This document shows, piece after piece, positions 34,672-44,900 of a DNA stretch of 64,000 nt (position 1 is its first letter; every line of letters begins with the position of its first letter). The stretch comes from Lewinellaceae bacterium. Its GTDB lineage: Bacteria; Bacteroidota; Bacteroidia; Chitinophagales; Saprospiraceae. A program made the position numbers and the translations under genes. Location of the stretch: contig JACJYO010000005.1 in NCBI GenBank assembly GCA_020636075.1, forward strand, positions 2,926-66,925. Reading direction: 5' to 3'. A model generated the notes under the pieces. The model was not told the DNA's origin. It saw nothing but the letters and a program-made list of their open reading frames with translations, and did no database searches.

Positions 34672-37600
34672 ATGTTTAAAAAACCCAACCTAATTCGGCT
34701 GTACGCGCTGCTGTTTTGCAGCTTGCTTTTTGCTGCACAGTTATCGGCACAGGTAAGCATTAACCAGGACAATTCGAACCCGGACCCGTCGGCAATGCTC
34801 GACATCAAGAGCAATGCAAGGGGTTTGCTGATCCCGCGCCTGAGTTCGGTACAACGCGCCGGCATCGCAGCGCCCGCCACCGGCCTGATGGTGTACGATA
34901 TTACAACAAATTCATTTTGGTTCTACAACGGAACAGCCTGGAAGGAGATAACCCTCAATACCGATAACCAGATGCTCAGTCTGACGGGCACCACGCTGGC
35001 CATTGAAGACGGCAACTCCGTTGACCTTGCCGGCATCGATACGGATACGGACGATCAAACGCTTAGTCTGAGCGGTACCACACTGACTATCGCCGATGGC
35101 AACTCGGTCGATCTGGCCTCTATTGATACGGACACGGACACCGATGACCAAAACCTTTCGTTGACGGGCACCACGCTGGCCATTGAAGACGGCAACTCCG
35201 TTGACCTTGCCGGCATCGATACGGATACGGACGATCAAACGCTTAGTCTGAGCGGTACCACACTGACTATCGCCGACGGCAACTCGGTCGATCTGGCCTC
35301 TATTGATACGGACACTGACACCGACGACCAGAACCTTTCGCTGACGGGCACCACGCTGGCCATTGAAGACGGCAACTCGGTTGACCTTGCCGGCATCGAT
35401 ACGGATACGGACGATCAAACGCTCAGCCTCAGCGGTACCACACTGACTATCGCCGACGGCAACTCGGTCGATCTGGCCTCCATCGATACCGATACGGACA
35501 CCGATGATCAAAACCTTTCGTTGACGGGCACCACGCTGGCCATTGAAGACGGCAACTCGGTTGACCTTGCCGGCATCGATACGGATACGGACGATCAAAC
35601 GCTCAGCCTCAGCGGTACCACACTGACTATCGCTGACGGTAACTCGGTCGATCTGGCCTCTATTGATACGGACACTGACACCGACGACCAGAACCTTTCG
35701 TTGACGGGCACCACGCTGGCAATTGAAGACGGCAACTCGGTTGACCTTGCCGGCATCGATACGGATACGGACGATCAAACGCTCAGCCTCAGCGGTACCA
35801 CACTGACTATCGCTGACGGTAACTCGGTCGATCTGGCCTCTATTGATACGGACACTGACACCGACGACCAGAACCTTTCGTTGACGGGCACCACGCTGGC
35901 AATTGAAGACGGCAACTCCGTTGACCTTGCCGGCATCGATACGGATACGGACGATCAGACGCTCAGCCTCAGTGGTACCGTCCTGAGCATCGAAGGCGGC
36001 AACTCCGTCGACCTGGGAACACTTCCAGGGGATAACGACTGGACACTCAGCGGCAGCGACCTGTACAATGCCAACGCCGGAAATGTCGGTATCGGCACCG
36101 CTTCGCCCGATGCCACAGCCCGACTGCACCTGGATATCGGGAGCAGTTTCAATCAAGGTTTTTTGGTCACTGGAGATGCAAGTGGTTCAGCTACAGTACC
36201 CAACCTGGGTGCCGGAAACCGAATGATGTTTTACCCGGGAAAAGCGGCTTTTCGGGCAGGGCGGGTTACCGGCACGCAATGGGACCAGGCAAATACCGGA
36301 TTCCGTTCTACCGCTTTTGGGACCAATACCACTGCCAGCGGAGTTTCATCAACTGCCATGGGCGAGGGGACGACAGCAAGCGATAGCTATTCCACGGCCA
36401 TGGGTAGGAATACAATTGCCGGCGCAACGGCATCAACAGCCATGGGTGAACAAACCACTGCCAGCGGCTATGCTTCCACGGCCATGGGCAGTTTATCCAC
36501 TGCCAGCGGATTTGCGTCAACAGCCATGGGCGAACAAACAACTGCCAGCGGCTATGCCGCTGCGGCCACAGGTTTTCTTACAACTGCAAGCGGTAATTAT
36601 TCAGTTGCGCAAGGCGATCATACCAAAGCTACCGGTACACTTTCAACAGCCATAGGTAAAAATATTGAGGCCCGGGGCGACTATTCCGTAGCCATTGCGC
36701 TCAACGACCAAAATGGCACGGTTGTCACCAAGGACAACACCATGGCAATCATGGGCGGGAATGTCGGCATCGGCACGACTAACCCCAATGCCACAGCCAG
36801 GCTGCATGTGAACCTGGGAAGCAGTACAAGTGACGGCTTTATGGTATCCGGCACGTTTGATAATGCTGCAACGTCGCCTAATTTGAGTTCGGGGAGCTAC
36901 ATGATGTTCTATCCTGGGAAAGCGGCTTTCCGGGCAGGCCTGATTTATGCGAATGGTACACAATGGAATGATGTAAATGTCGGATACATATCGACAGCAT
37001 TTGGTAATAATACCCTTGCAAGTGGCAATTATTCAACTGCCTTTGGCCGTGATACCAAAGCAACCGGTGCTCTTTCAACAGCCATGGGAGAACTATCTAC
37101 CGCTAGTGGTGATTATTCAACTGCTTTGGGGGCAAATGCTGTTGCAAGCGGAAACTATTCAACTGCATTTGGCAATAGTACATTAGCCAGCAATGGCTCT
37201 TCAACTGCCTTCGGTCGTAATACCCAAGCAACCGGTGCTATTTCAACAGCCATGGGAGGACAAACTACCGCCAGCGGCGATTATTCAACTGCCATGGGTA
37301 ATCAAACCACAGCCAGCGGTCTTTACGCAACAGCAATGGGCTTTAAAACGAAAGCCACCGGCGACAACGCACTGGCCATAGGTGAGAATATTGAAGCCCA
37401 GGGAAGCCACTCCATAGCCATAGCACTCGACAATCAAGCCGGAACAGTTGTTTCGCAGAATAATACCATGGCTATTCTGGGCGGCGATGTCGGAATCGGT
37501 ACAGCCAACCCGCAATCAAGGTTCCATGCCGAAGGCCCGGCCAACGGTGCCGGAGATTCGGATTTTGTAGCTATTATTAGAAACACGCAAACCAGCGCCC

Positions 37601-38175
37601 TTAACGGCACGCGCTACAACGGCTTGAAAATACAAGCAGGGAAAACCCTAAACAACAATGCTGACTCCCGCATGATCGCCTTTTACCGCACTGATAATAT
37701 TGAGATCGGATCCATCCGCCAAAACAATTCCAATACCGTCAGTTACAACACCAGCTCCGATATCCGCCTGAAACAGCATATCGTGCCGACGCATTATTCC
37801 ATCGCCGATCTGATGCGGGTCGAGGTGCGGGATTATGAATTCCGCGCTGAGCCCGGCCAGCCGCACACCGGTTTTATTGCCCAGCAATTGTACGAGGTGT
37901 ATCCGCATGCAGTCGCCAAAGGCAGCGACGATGTGAAAACCAACCCCTGGATGGTCGACTACGGCCAGATGACACCGCTCCTGGTCAAGGCAATCCAGGA
38001 TCAACAGGCTATCATCGAAGCGCAGAAACTGGAGATCGATGCCCTCAAAGCGCAAAATGCCAACCTGGTCAGCCAAAATGCGGTTTTTGAAAATCGTTTT
38101 GAGCAAATGGAGACCGCGCTGAAGAGTATACAGGCAGGGGCATCAGGCCATGGTGTTATCGCCGGGCAGAAGTAA
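34672..38175 (+). CDS. Exported tail-fibre-like protein, S74-type, with 12 stalk repeats
   Basis: 1167 aa. ...AAQLSA|QVSINQDNSNPDPSAMLDIKSNARGLLIPRLSSVQR. 12 x (Q.LSL.GTTL.I.DGNSVDL..IDTDTD). STAMG..TTASG.YSTAMG (Hep_Hag-like) repeats. SSDIRLKQHIV...GFIAQQLYEVYPHAV...WMVDYGQMTPLLVKAIQDQQ (Ser codon 37756). Confidence 0.85.
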   Translation: MFKKPNLIRLYALLFCSLLFAAQLSAQVSINQDNSNPDPSAMLDIKSNARGLLIPRLSSVQRAGIAAPATGLMVYDITTNSFWFYNGTAWKEITLNTDNQMLSLTGTTLAIEDGNSVDLAGIDTDTDDQTLSLSGTTLTIADGNSVDLASIDTDTDTDDQNLSLTGTTLAIEDGNSVDLAGIDTDTDDQTLSLSGTTLTIADGNSVDLASIDTDTDTDDQNLSLTGTTLAIEDGNSVDLAGIDTDTDDQTLSLSGTTLTIADGNSVDLASIDTDTDTDDQNLSLTGTTLAIEDGNSVDLAGIDTDTDDQTLSLSGTTLTIADGNSVDLASIDTDTDTDDQNLSLTGTTLAIEDGNSVDLAGIDTDTDDQTLSLSGTTLTIADGNSVDLASIDTDTDTDDQNLSLTGTTLAIEDGNSVDLAGIDTDTDDQTLSLSGTVLSIEGGNSVDLGTLPGDNDWTLSGSDLYNANAGNVGIGTASPDATARLHLDIGSSFNQGFLVTGDASGSATVPNLGAGNRMMFYPGKAAFRAGRVTGTQWDQANTGFRSTAFGTNTTASGVSSTAMGEGTTASDSYSTAMGRNTIAGATASTAMGEQTTASGYASTAMGSLSTASGFASTAMGEQTTASGYAAAATGFLTTASGNYSVAQGDHTKATGTLSTAIGKNIEARGDYSVAIALNDQNGTVVTKDNTMAIMGGNVGIGTTNPNATARLHVNLGSSTSDGFMVSGTFDNAATSPNLSSGSYMMFYPGKAAFRAGLIYANGTQWNDVNVGYISTAFGNNTLASGNYSTAFGRDTKATGALSTAMGELSTASGDYSTALGANAVASGNYSTAFGNSTLASNGSSTAFGRNTQATGAISTAMGGQTTASGDYSTAMGNQTTASGLYATAMGFKTKATGDNALAIGENIEAQGSHSIAIALDNQAGTVVSQNNTMAILGGDVGIGTANPQSRFHAEGPANGAGDSDFVAIIRNTQTSALNGTRYNGLKIQAGKTLNNNADSRMIAFYRTDNIEIGSIRQNNSNTVSYNTSSDIRLKQHIVPTHYSIADLMRVEVRDYEFRAEPGQPHTGFIAQQLYEVYPHAVAKGSDDVKTNPWMVDYGQMTPLLVKAIQDQQAIIEAQKLEIDALKAQNANLVSQNAVFENRFEQMETALKSIQAGASGHGVIAGQK
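34960..36020 (+). repeat. About 5.9 near-identical tandem copies of a 180-bp coding unit (two ~30-aa sub-repeats each)
   Basis: (c/t)tgacgggcaccacgctgg recurs at 34981, 35161, 35341, 35521, 35701 and 35881. Copies differ by a few mostly synonymous bases. Confidence 0.9.
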
Positions 38176-38207
38176 GTGCCGACAGCATTTTCCTTCGAGA
38201 TTAACCG

Positions 38208-38279
38208 CCACAAGACAACGGAGGGCACTGAGTTTTCCTTTCTAAAAAGTTTTACTCGGTGCCCTCTGTGTCTTCGTGG
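38208..38279 (+). other. Imperfect ~25-bp-stem hairpin between fibre and partner genes (REP-like, related to 18246-18314)
   Basis: ccacaagacaacggagggcactgag ... ctcggtgccctctgtgtcttcgtgg with a 22-nt loop. The core CCACGRARACACAGMGGGCACMGAG is shared with the 18.2-kb hairpin. Confidence 0.6.
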
Positions 38280-38296
38280 TGCATAAAAATCTCGCC

Positions 38297-40154
38297 ATGC
38301 GCAACATAAAATTTACAGTACTTCTGCTGCTGTGTGCAGGCTGGAGTTACGGCCAGCAATCCTTCCAAATTGCTGGTGGCCGGATGAACATCAGCAACGG
38401 CACCAGCCTTGTTTTGAAGAAAAACCATTTGGAAAAACAACTCCGGTTCGGATGATACCGGTACGGGCAGCGTGCTATTCTCCGGCGATGCAACCGGAAT
38501 CAATATCGGCGGAAGTAGCGCCACCCAGTTTTCCAAGTTGATTATCGATAACCCCAACAACGTGTTTGCGGAGCAAAACATGGCCGTTACGCAGGAATTG
38601 AACTTCCAAAACGGCAAGCTGGATTTGCAAAATGCCAACCTCACCCTGGCCGGCAACACCACCAACCTCAGCCCCGATCGCTATGTGAAAACCTCGGGCA
38701 CAGGCGTTGTGATCCGGGGGCTGACTACCGGAGCCGAATACCTTTTTCCCGTAGGAAATTCCAGTTACAACCCTTTGGTATTGCAGGACCCATCCGGCGG
38801 CTCGAACCAGTTCGCGGTGCGGGTCGCGGATGCGGTGCTGGCCGACGGCAGTTCTGGCGCAGTGCTGACAACTGACGCCGTTGCGCGCAGCTGGTATGTT
38901 GGGGGTACTGGCGGTGAATACCCGGATTTGCAGATCCGTGCCGGCTGGAGCAGCCCGGATGAGTTGCCCGGCTTTGACCGCAACGCCGCCTACCTGGCCC
39001 GCTACACCGGCAGCAACTGGGATCTGCTGCCGGCCATTCCGGCATCTGGCGCCGATCCGTACACACTGGCGCGCACAGGCGGCTCGGTACCGGCAATTTA
39101 TGCCGTGCTGAGTGGCGATATCACCCCGCCTTCGGCACTTTGCCAGGACATTACGGTTGAGCTCGATGCTACCGGCATGGCAAGCATCACAGCTGCCCAG
39201 ATAGACGGTGGTTCCAGTGATGTCAATGGCATTGTTTCCTATGTATTGGATGTGTCGGAATTTTCCTGCACCAATGTGGGCATCAATATAGTAACGCTAA
39301 CACTGACCGATCCGGCAGACAACAGTTCCACTTGCACGGCTACGGTCACCGTTGCGGATAATCTTGCGCCTTCAATTAATTTGGAAGCAGAAGCGTTTTT
39401 GTGGCCGCCCAATCACAATTACGTGACCATACCAGTTGAGGATATGGTGGCAGATGTGACGGACAACTGCGCCGGGTTGACTATTGCCGATGTAGTGATC
39501 AGCTACGCCACCAGCGACGAACCGGAGGATGCCCCGGGCGGCGGCGACGGCAACACGCTCGACGATATTCTCATTGATGCAGATTGCCAGGCTGTATCCT
39601 TGCGCAAAGAACGCATGGGCGGCGGAAATGGCCGGGTATATACGGTTCATCTTGAACTGACCGACGTCCATGGAAATACTGCCAAGGCCCAGTACCTGGC
39701 CAAAGTCAAAAACAACAACGGCAACAATGGAACGGCTATCGACGACGGGCCGGCATATTCGGAAAGCTGCGGTGTAAACCAAAGCATAGTGCGCGAACAG
39801 GGAACTGATCCGGCAACTTATTTGAGAAGGAAAAACTTAGAAACCAAATCCGGGCAGCAAAACCCAACGGATGATACATCCTTGGCAAATCTTAGGATTT
39901 CTCCAAACCCGTTTGCAATGCAGACGACTATTCGTTTCAGGTTGCCGATGACCTGCGGTGTTCAGTTGGAAGTGTATGATCTGGAGGGTAAACAACTGCG
40001 CACGCTGGTATCCGGCGCTCTGGAAGCCGGCGCCTATTCGGTGGATTGGGACGGCAAGTCGGGCAGCGGATATGAGCTGCCTGAGGGTAATTATCTCCTG
40101 CGGTTGATCACCGGACAAGAAATCCGGATGAAACAAGTTGTGCTCATCCGGTAA
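38297..40154 (+). pseudogene. Partner-family gene (short, Ig/HYR-like variant) with a 1-nt insertion in an A5 run (38433-38437)
   Basis: ATG 38297 gives MRNIKFTVLLLLCAGWSYG|QQSFQIAGG...KKNHLEK then stops at 38453. Frame 0 is open from 38418 and reads WKNNSGSDDTGTGSVLFSGDATG... to 40154. Shared central domain FPVGNSSYNPLVLQ...ELPGFDRNAAYLARY. CTD ISPNPFAMQTTIRFRLP...LEVYDLEGKQL. Confidence 0.7.
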
Positions 40155-40231
40155 GTTTTGAAGCCATTCCCGGATTTGTATGATTACTAAAGAAAACACA
40201 TAGAAAATGTGTCTATTACTGGAGACCAACT

Positions 40232-41773
40232 ATGGAATTTCAAACAAGATCTAAAACTGAAATTATGCAAGATCCAACCATTCCATCTTATACATACGAA
40301 AAATTGAAAAGCTATAGTGGCTATAATATCGCAAAACCCAAACTATACACACCATCAACAATTGAGGATATAGTTTTGTTAGTTAAATTTTTCAACAAAA
40401 AAAATATAAAGTTTTCAATGTCCGGCTCTTGTTTGTCTTTTGATAAACATTGTCTAAATCAACATCGTGTTATTTCCACTAGAAACCTGTCTTATATAAA
40501 ATTAAACCTCGACAAGAATTTAATTACCGTAGGTGCAGGCACGACCTGGCAAGCGGTGGTAAGTGAATTGTCTAAATACGGTTTTGTTCCATATATCACC
40601 CCGTCTTCCGGATATATAACAGTAGGGGGCTCAATATCCTGCGATACCTATAGCCAATTTACCCCGGGTTATGGCAGAGAAAGTAGATGGGTAAAGTCCT
40701 TGAAAGTCATCACAACAAATGGGTCGATAATAAAATGTAGTAGAAATTCTCATTCGGATCTATTTTATGCTTTGATGGGCGGGCTTGGCATAATTGCCAT
40801 TATTTATGAAATTGAATTTGAAGTAAAATATGTAGGCCCAAATCCTGCTGTCTTTACTACTGCGTACTTTGAAGATGGTTATAAAAATATTTCTTTAATT
40901 AAAAAAGATACACTGTTTCCTTTTCAGAAAGAAGAACAGCCGGGAGCAGGGGTTGTGATTTATAATCACAAGAGCAATTACAGGACCTTTTATGTAAAAC
41001 ACTATTGGGGGTGTAGCAAAAAAACAATCACTAGTATTATTCACCGCAGAAATGGTTTTATTCGAATATTAGGAGGTGTTTTGATGCGTGTATTTCCCGG
41101 CCTGGCATCTAAAATGTGGAACGCCCTGAAAAGAAGCACAGACAAAAAGCCAAATAAACAAGCCACCTACATATATCCGCCGGATGAATTACTTTTTTTC
41201 ATGGATGCCGACTATGCGAGTAAATCCCTGGCCAATAAGGTTGGCATAAACACCAATGTTTTACAGCAAAGTTTCATCATTCCTTGTAAGGATGAAAGTG
41301 CTTCCTCCGAAGATACAATCCGCTTTATTACTTACTGTTTGAAAGAAATGAAGAAAAAAGGCATAGAACCTGCAATGATCGATATCGGGTTTTTGCCTGC
41401 AGGCGACCGAAATGCTTTCAATCTCAACCCTGCTACGTCCGGATATTTATTTTCTATCGCGGTGGAAGGTTCCGCTATTCGATCGCATGAAGTATTACAC
41501 AGTCTATTTAACCTGTTTGCCCGGATTTGTTTTGAAGAATACAATGGGAAAATTCATCTGACCAAAAATATTTTATGCTCAAAAAGTTTATTGCATAGAA
41601 TGTATGCTGACGAAATTGATAATATTCAATCCATCAAATTGAAATACGATCCTAAATTATTATTGCAAACAGATTTCTTTACAAGTTATTTGAGTTATAA
41701 CAAAATCGAAAAAATACGCAGCCGAATATCCGCTGTAACAAATTCTGAGGAGATGGATGGGTTCTTAAAATGA
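40232..41773 (+). CDS. FAD-binding (PCMH/FAD_binding_4-type) oxidoreductase-like protein in an AT-rich islet
   Basis: 513 aa. PSTIEDIVLLVKFFNKKNIKFSMSGSCLSF...LITVGAGTTWQAVVSELSKYGFVP...ITVGGSISCDTYS...VITTNGSIIKCSRNSHSDLFYALMGGLGIIAIIYEIEFEV. G+C in 40261-40320 is 19/60, versus 40/60 in 39001-39060. Confidence 0.7.
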   Translation: MEFQTRSKTEIMQDPTIPSYTYEKLKSYSGYNIAKPKLYTPSTIEDIVLLVKFFNKKNIKFSMSGSCLSFDKHCLNQHRVISTRNLSYIKLNLDKNLITVGAGTTWQAVVSELSKYGFVPYITPSSGYITVGGSISCDTYSQFTPGYGRESRWVKSLKVITTNGSIIKCSRNSHSDLFYALMGGLGIIAIIYEIEFEVKYVGPNPAVFTTAYFEDGYKNISLIKKDTLFPFQKEEQPGAGVVIYNHKSNYRTFYVKHYWGCSKKTITSIIHRRNGFIRILGGVLMRVFPGLASKMWNALKRSTDKKPNKQATYIYPPDELLFFMDADYASKSLANKVGINTNVLQQSFIIPCKDESASSEDTIRFITYCLKEMKKKGIEPAMIDIGFLPAGDRNAFNLNPATSGYLFSIAVEGSAIRSHEVLHSLFNLFARICFEEYNGKIHLTKNILCSKSLLHRMYADEIDNIQSIKLKYDPKLLLQTDFFTSYLSYNKIEKIRSRISAVTNSEEMDGFLK

Positions 41774-41939
41774 CTCGTGCGAATCAGGGGTAAAACTGAC
41801 ACATTACCGTATATATTGAATTTTTGGGCTCTAATTATGTGAAATATGCCCAAAGCACTTGTCATGTTTATTGTTGTTCAGCGCACAACGAATTGACAAC
41901 TATCCCTCAAAATTTGGAATAATTCAAGTCTCAGCGGTA

Positions 41940-44900
41940 CTAAAGCATCACCGCCAGCGCCTTTTCTTTTAATTCGCCGGCCAATTGGATAAGTGCCGTT
42001 CCGTTGCTTCCGTTTTCTGCCTGTTGCTCGATAGCGTAAGCGATCTCGGCGATTTGCTCCAGTCCTACATAACGGAATTGACTTTTGAGGTCATGGGCAA
42101 TAATGGACACCTGTTCCAGATCTCCTTTTTCCAGGCAATTTTGCAATTGCTCTATGTGCACCGGCATTTGCGTTTTAAACAAGGAAAGGTATTGTTGTAC
42201 CTTTTTTTCATCATTGGCCAAAAGGGCTTTCAATTTTGACCGGTCAATCCTGAGTTGATTGTTGGTCAATGCATCTATTTTTTCCAATAATTGGATCTCA
42301 TCAACCGGTTTAGTCAGCACATCGTCCATTCCGGCCTCTTTGCATTTTGCCAGTTGTTCCGGTAGGGCATTGGCTGTTACGGCGAGTATGGGGATCTGTT
42401 TCCATTTTGGGTTTTCAGAATCCCGGATGGCTACGGTGGTTGCATAGCCGTCCATGACGGGCATTTTAATATCCATCAGAATAAGGTCATACTCCTGCTC
42501 TTCTAATTGCTCCAAGGCTATTTTCCCGTTTCCGGCGATATGTACAGCTGCGTCGGGAATGTGTTTTTTCAATATTTCCGTTATGATCTGCTGGTTCAAT
42601 TCATGGTCTTCCACAAGCAGTATTTTCAATGCTGAAAAATGGAAGTCGGCAGTCGTTCCCTTTTTTTCTATGCCATCCTGGGCCGCATTTTCAAACGGCA
42701 CTTCGAAAAAGAGCTTCGTGCCGGCCCCCAGTTGGCTTTCAATGTGTAAGGTGCTGCCGTGCAACTCCACCAATTGCCGGGCGATGCCAAGACCAAGTCC
42801 CGTACCAGACGCTGAAGAGCCGTGATCACCTGCCTGTTGGAAGCGTTCAAAAATCGTCTCGATCTGGTTTTCCGGAATGCCGATGCCTGTGTCACCGACT
42901 TCAAATCGGAAGTTTGCTCTATTTTCCGGTCCTGCGGTTTCCTGTATGCTGAGCCAAACTTTTCCCTGCTCGGTAAACTTTATAGCATTGGCCAAAAGGT
43001 TGGTCAATATTTGCAACAGGCGGACCGGGTCGCCCATCAATAGTGGATCCTTATCGGATATAGTATCCAGATAGAATTCCAGCCCTTTTTCTTCTGCCTT
43101 GAACCGGAAATTGTTGTTCAACTGGTCAACAATTTCAGTGAGCCGGAAAGGTTTATTGGCCAGCGTGAATTTACCCGCCTCCAGTTTTGTGTGGTCCAGC
43201 AGATCGTTGATAATAGCCAGCAGATTTTGAGAAGACTGCCGGATGGCGGAGATGTATTTCGATGGCTTATCGCTGATGCCGGCATCCTGGGCCAAGTTAC
43301 TCAAACCGATTATGGCGTTCATAGGGGTCCTGATTTCATGGCTCACTTCGGCAAGGAAGCGGGTTTTGTACTCGGCCTGCTGCTCAGCCAGGGCTTTTTC
43401 CCGTTTCAGCGCCAACTGGTACTGCCGGCTTTTGAATATGGCGTAACCAATTGAAACAGCCATTAAGGCCAGCAAGGACTTGAACCACAGTGTTTGCCAA
43501 AAAGCAGGTGTGATAGCCAACTGAATATTCAGGCCGTCTTTGTTCCAAACGCCATCGCTGTTCGATGCCATGACCTGAAAGGTGTATTGGCCGGGGTCTA
43601 AATTGGTATAATTCATTCTATGTTCAGTCCCCAAATCCCGCCAGTTTTTATCAAAGCCGACCAGCCTGCATTTGTATTTATTGGCTTGCGGGTTGATATA
43701 ATGCAGCGCAGAAAATTCAAAGCTGATATCATTTTCATTGTGGGACAGAATAATCAATTTGGTATCTTCAAATGCCTGATCCAACAGATACGACTCGGCT
43801 TTCACCTTGAAATCTGTCAAAATCACATTGGGCACAATTGGGTTTTGACGGATATGCTGTGGATGGAAGGAAAATATGCCATTGATCGTTCCAAGGAAAA
43901 TGGCGCCGTCGGCTGCCACATGTTTGGCTTTTGATTGAAAGTAAAGCGCTTCTTTGGGAATTAAAAAATTGTAAAAGGTATCCTTGCTTTGGTCAAACCG
44001 GGCAAAAAACCGGTTGCCGCTGACCCATACCTGATCGTTTTTGTCCATGAAAACGGATTGTAACTCGTTTTCCAACATGCCTTCCTTTTTCCCGTATATC
44101 CCGAATTTCTTCGTGTGAATATTGTAGTTGGTCAACCCATACAAGGATGCTATCCATATATTTCCGTCTTTCCCTATTGCAATGTCTTTAATTACCCCTT
44201 CCAGCACATCTTTATTATCAGGATCCGGGAGAAACAATTCAAACTTTCCGGATTTCTTGTCGAACCTGCCCAGACTGTTTGAGTAGGTGTAGTACAACCA
44301 AATCTCGTCGTCTCCATATTGATCAAAAATGATAAAGCGGTTGGAGGAAACTTCAGGAATATCACGCCTGGGATAGAACCATTGTCGTTCGGATGTTTTC
44401 CAGTTCAACCGGCAAAGGCCATGGAGCGTACCAATCCAGAAAACATCTTTATCCTTATGGTCTATTTCCATTTTGAAAATCAATGTCTTGGAAAGCGTAT
44501 CACCAAACGACATTTTTCGAAAACCCTTTTCGCTTACCGTGCGGCTGTACAAACCGCGGCCACTCATTGAAAACCAAATGGTTCCTTCATAATCCTCCAG
44601 AAACCAAGATTCCCCGGTTCCCAAGGCTTGCAGGGAAAGTTCTTCAATTTTTTCGCCTTGTGTCTTTCCTTTTGGAATAGCGTAGACGCCTTCGGGTGTT
44701 TTCGTCCAGATCGTGCCCTTGCTGTCGCGCAAGACGCGGTTGATCGTATTGGCATTATTTCCGTCTACCCCCACATTTAACAACAGCTCAAAGCCGGAAA
44801 AATCCCTTCTGATCTTACTGATCCCGTTTCCGGTGCCTATCCAGATATTCTGGAATCGATCTTCCAACAGGCAGCTGACCACATTATTATTGAGGCTTTT

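Noticed and set aside
34960-36020. CRISPR array, suggested by regular 180-bp periodicity
   Set aside because: The whole unit repeats with no unique spacers. It lies inside a continuous 1167-aa ORF and encodes a protein repeat. There are no cas genes.
34912-36156. Long antisense ORFs inside fibre and partner genes (e.g. 34912-36156, 3629-4321, 23865-25022, 27104-27817, 52028-52717, 52856-53671, 13205-13783, 9374-9856)
   Set aside because: These are shadow ORFs on the opposite strand of repetitive, GC-rich, stop-poor coding sequence. Their translations are low-complexity (R/G/V/A-rich), and they fully overlap far longer ORFs that have clear domain content.
38433-38437. Slipped-strand phase variation at the frameshift sites (17611, 38433, 47182)
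   Set aside because: The homopolymer tracts are only 2-5 nt, far shorter than tracts known to phase-vary. A fixed mutation or an assembly indel is more parsimonious.
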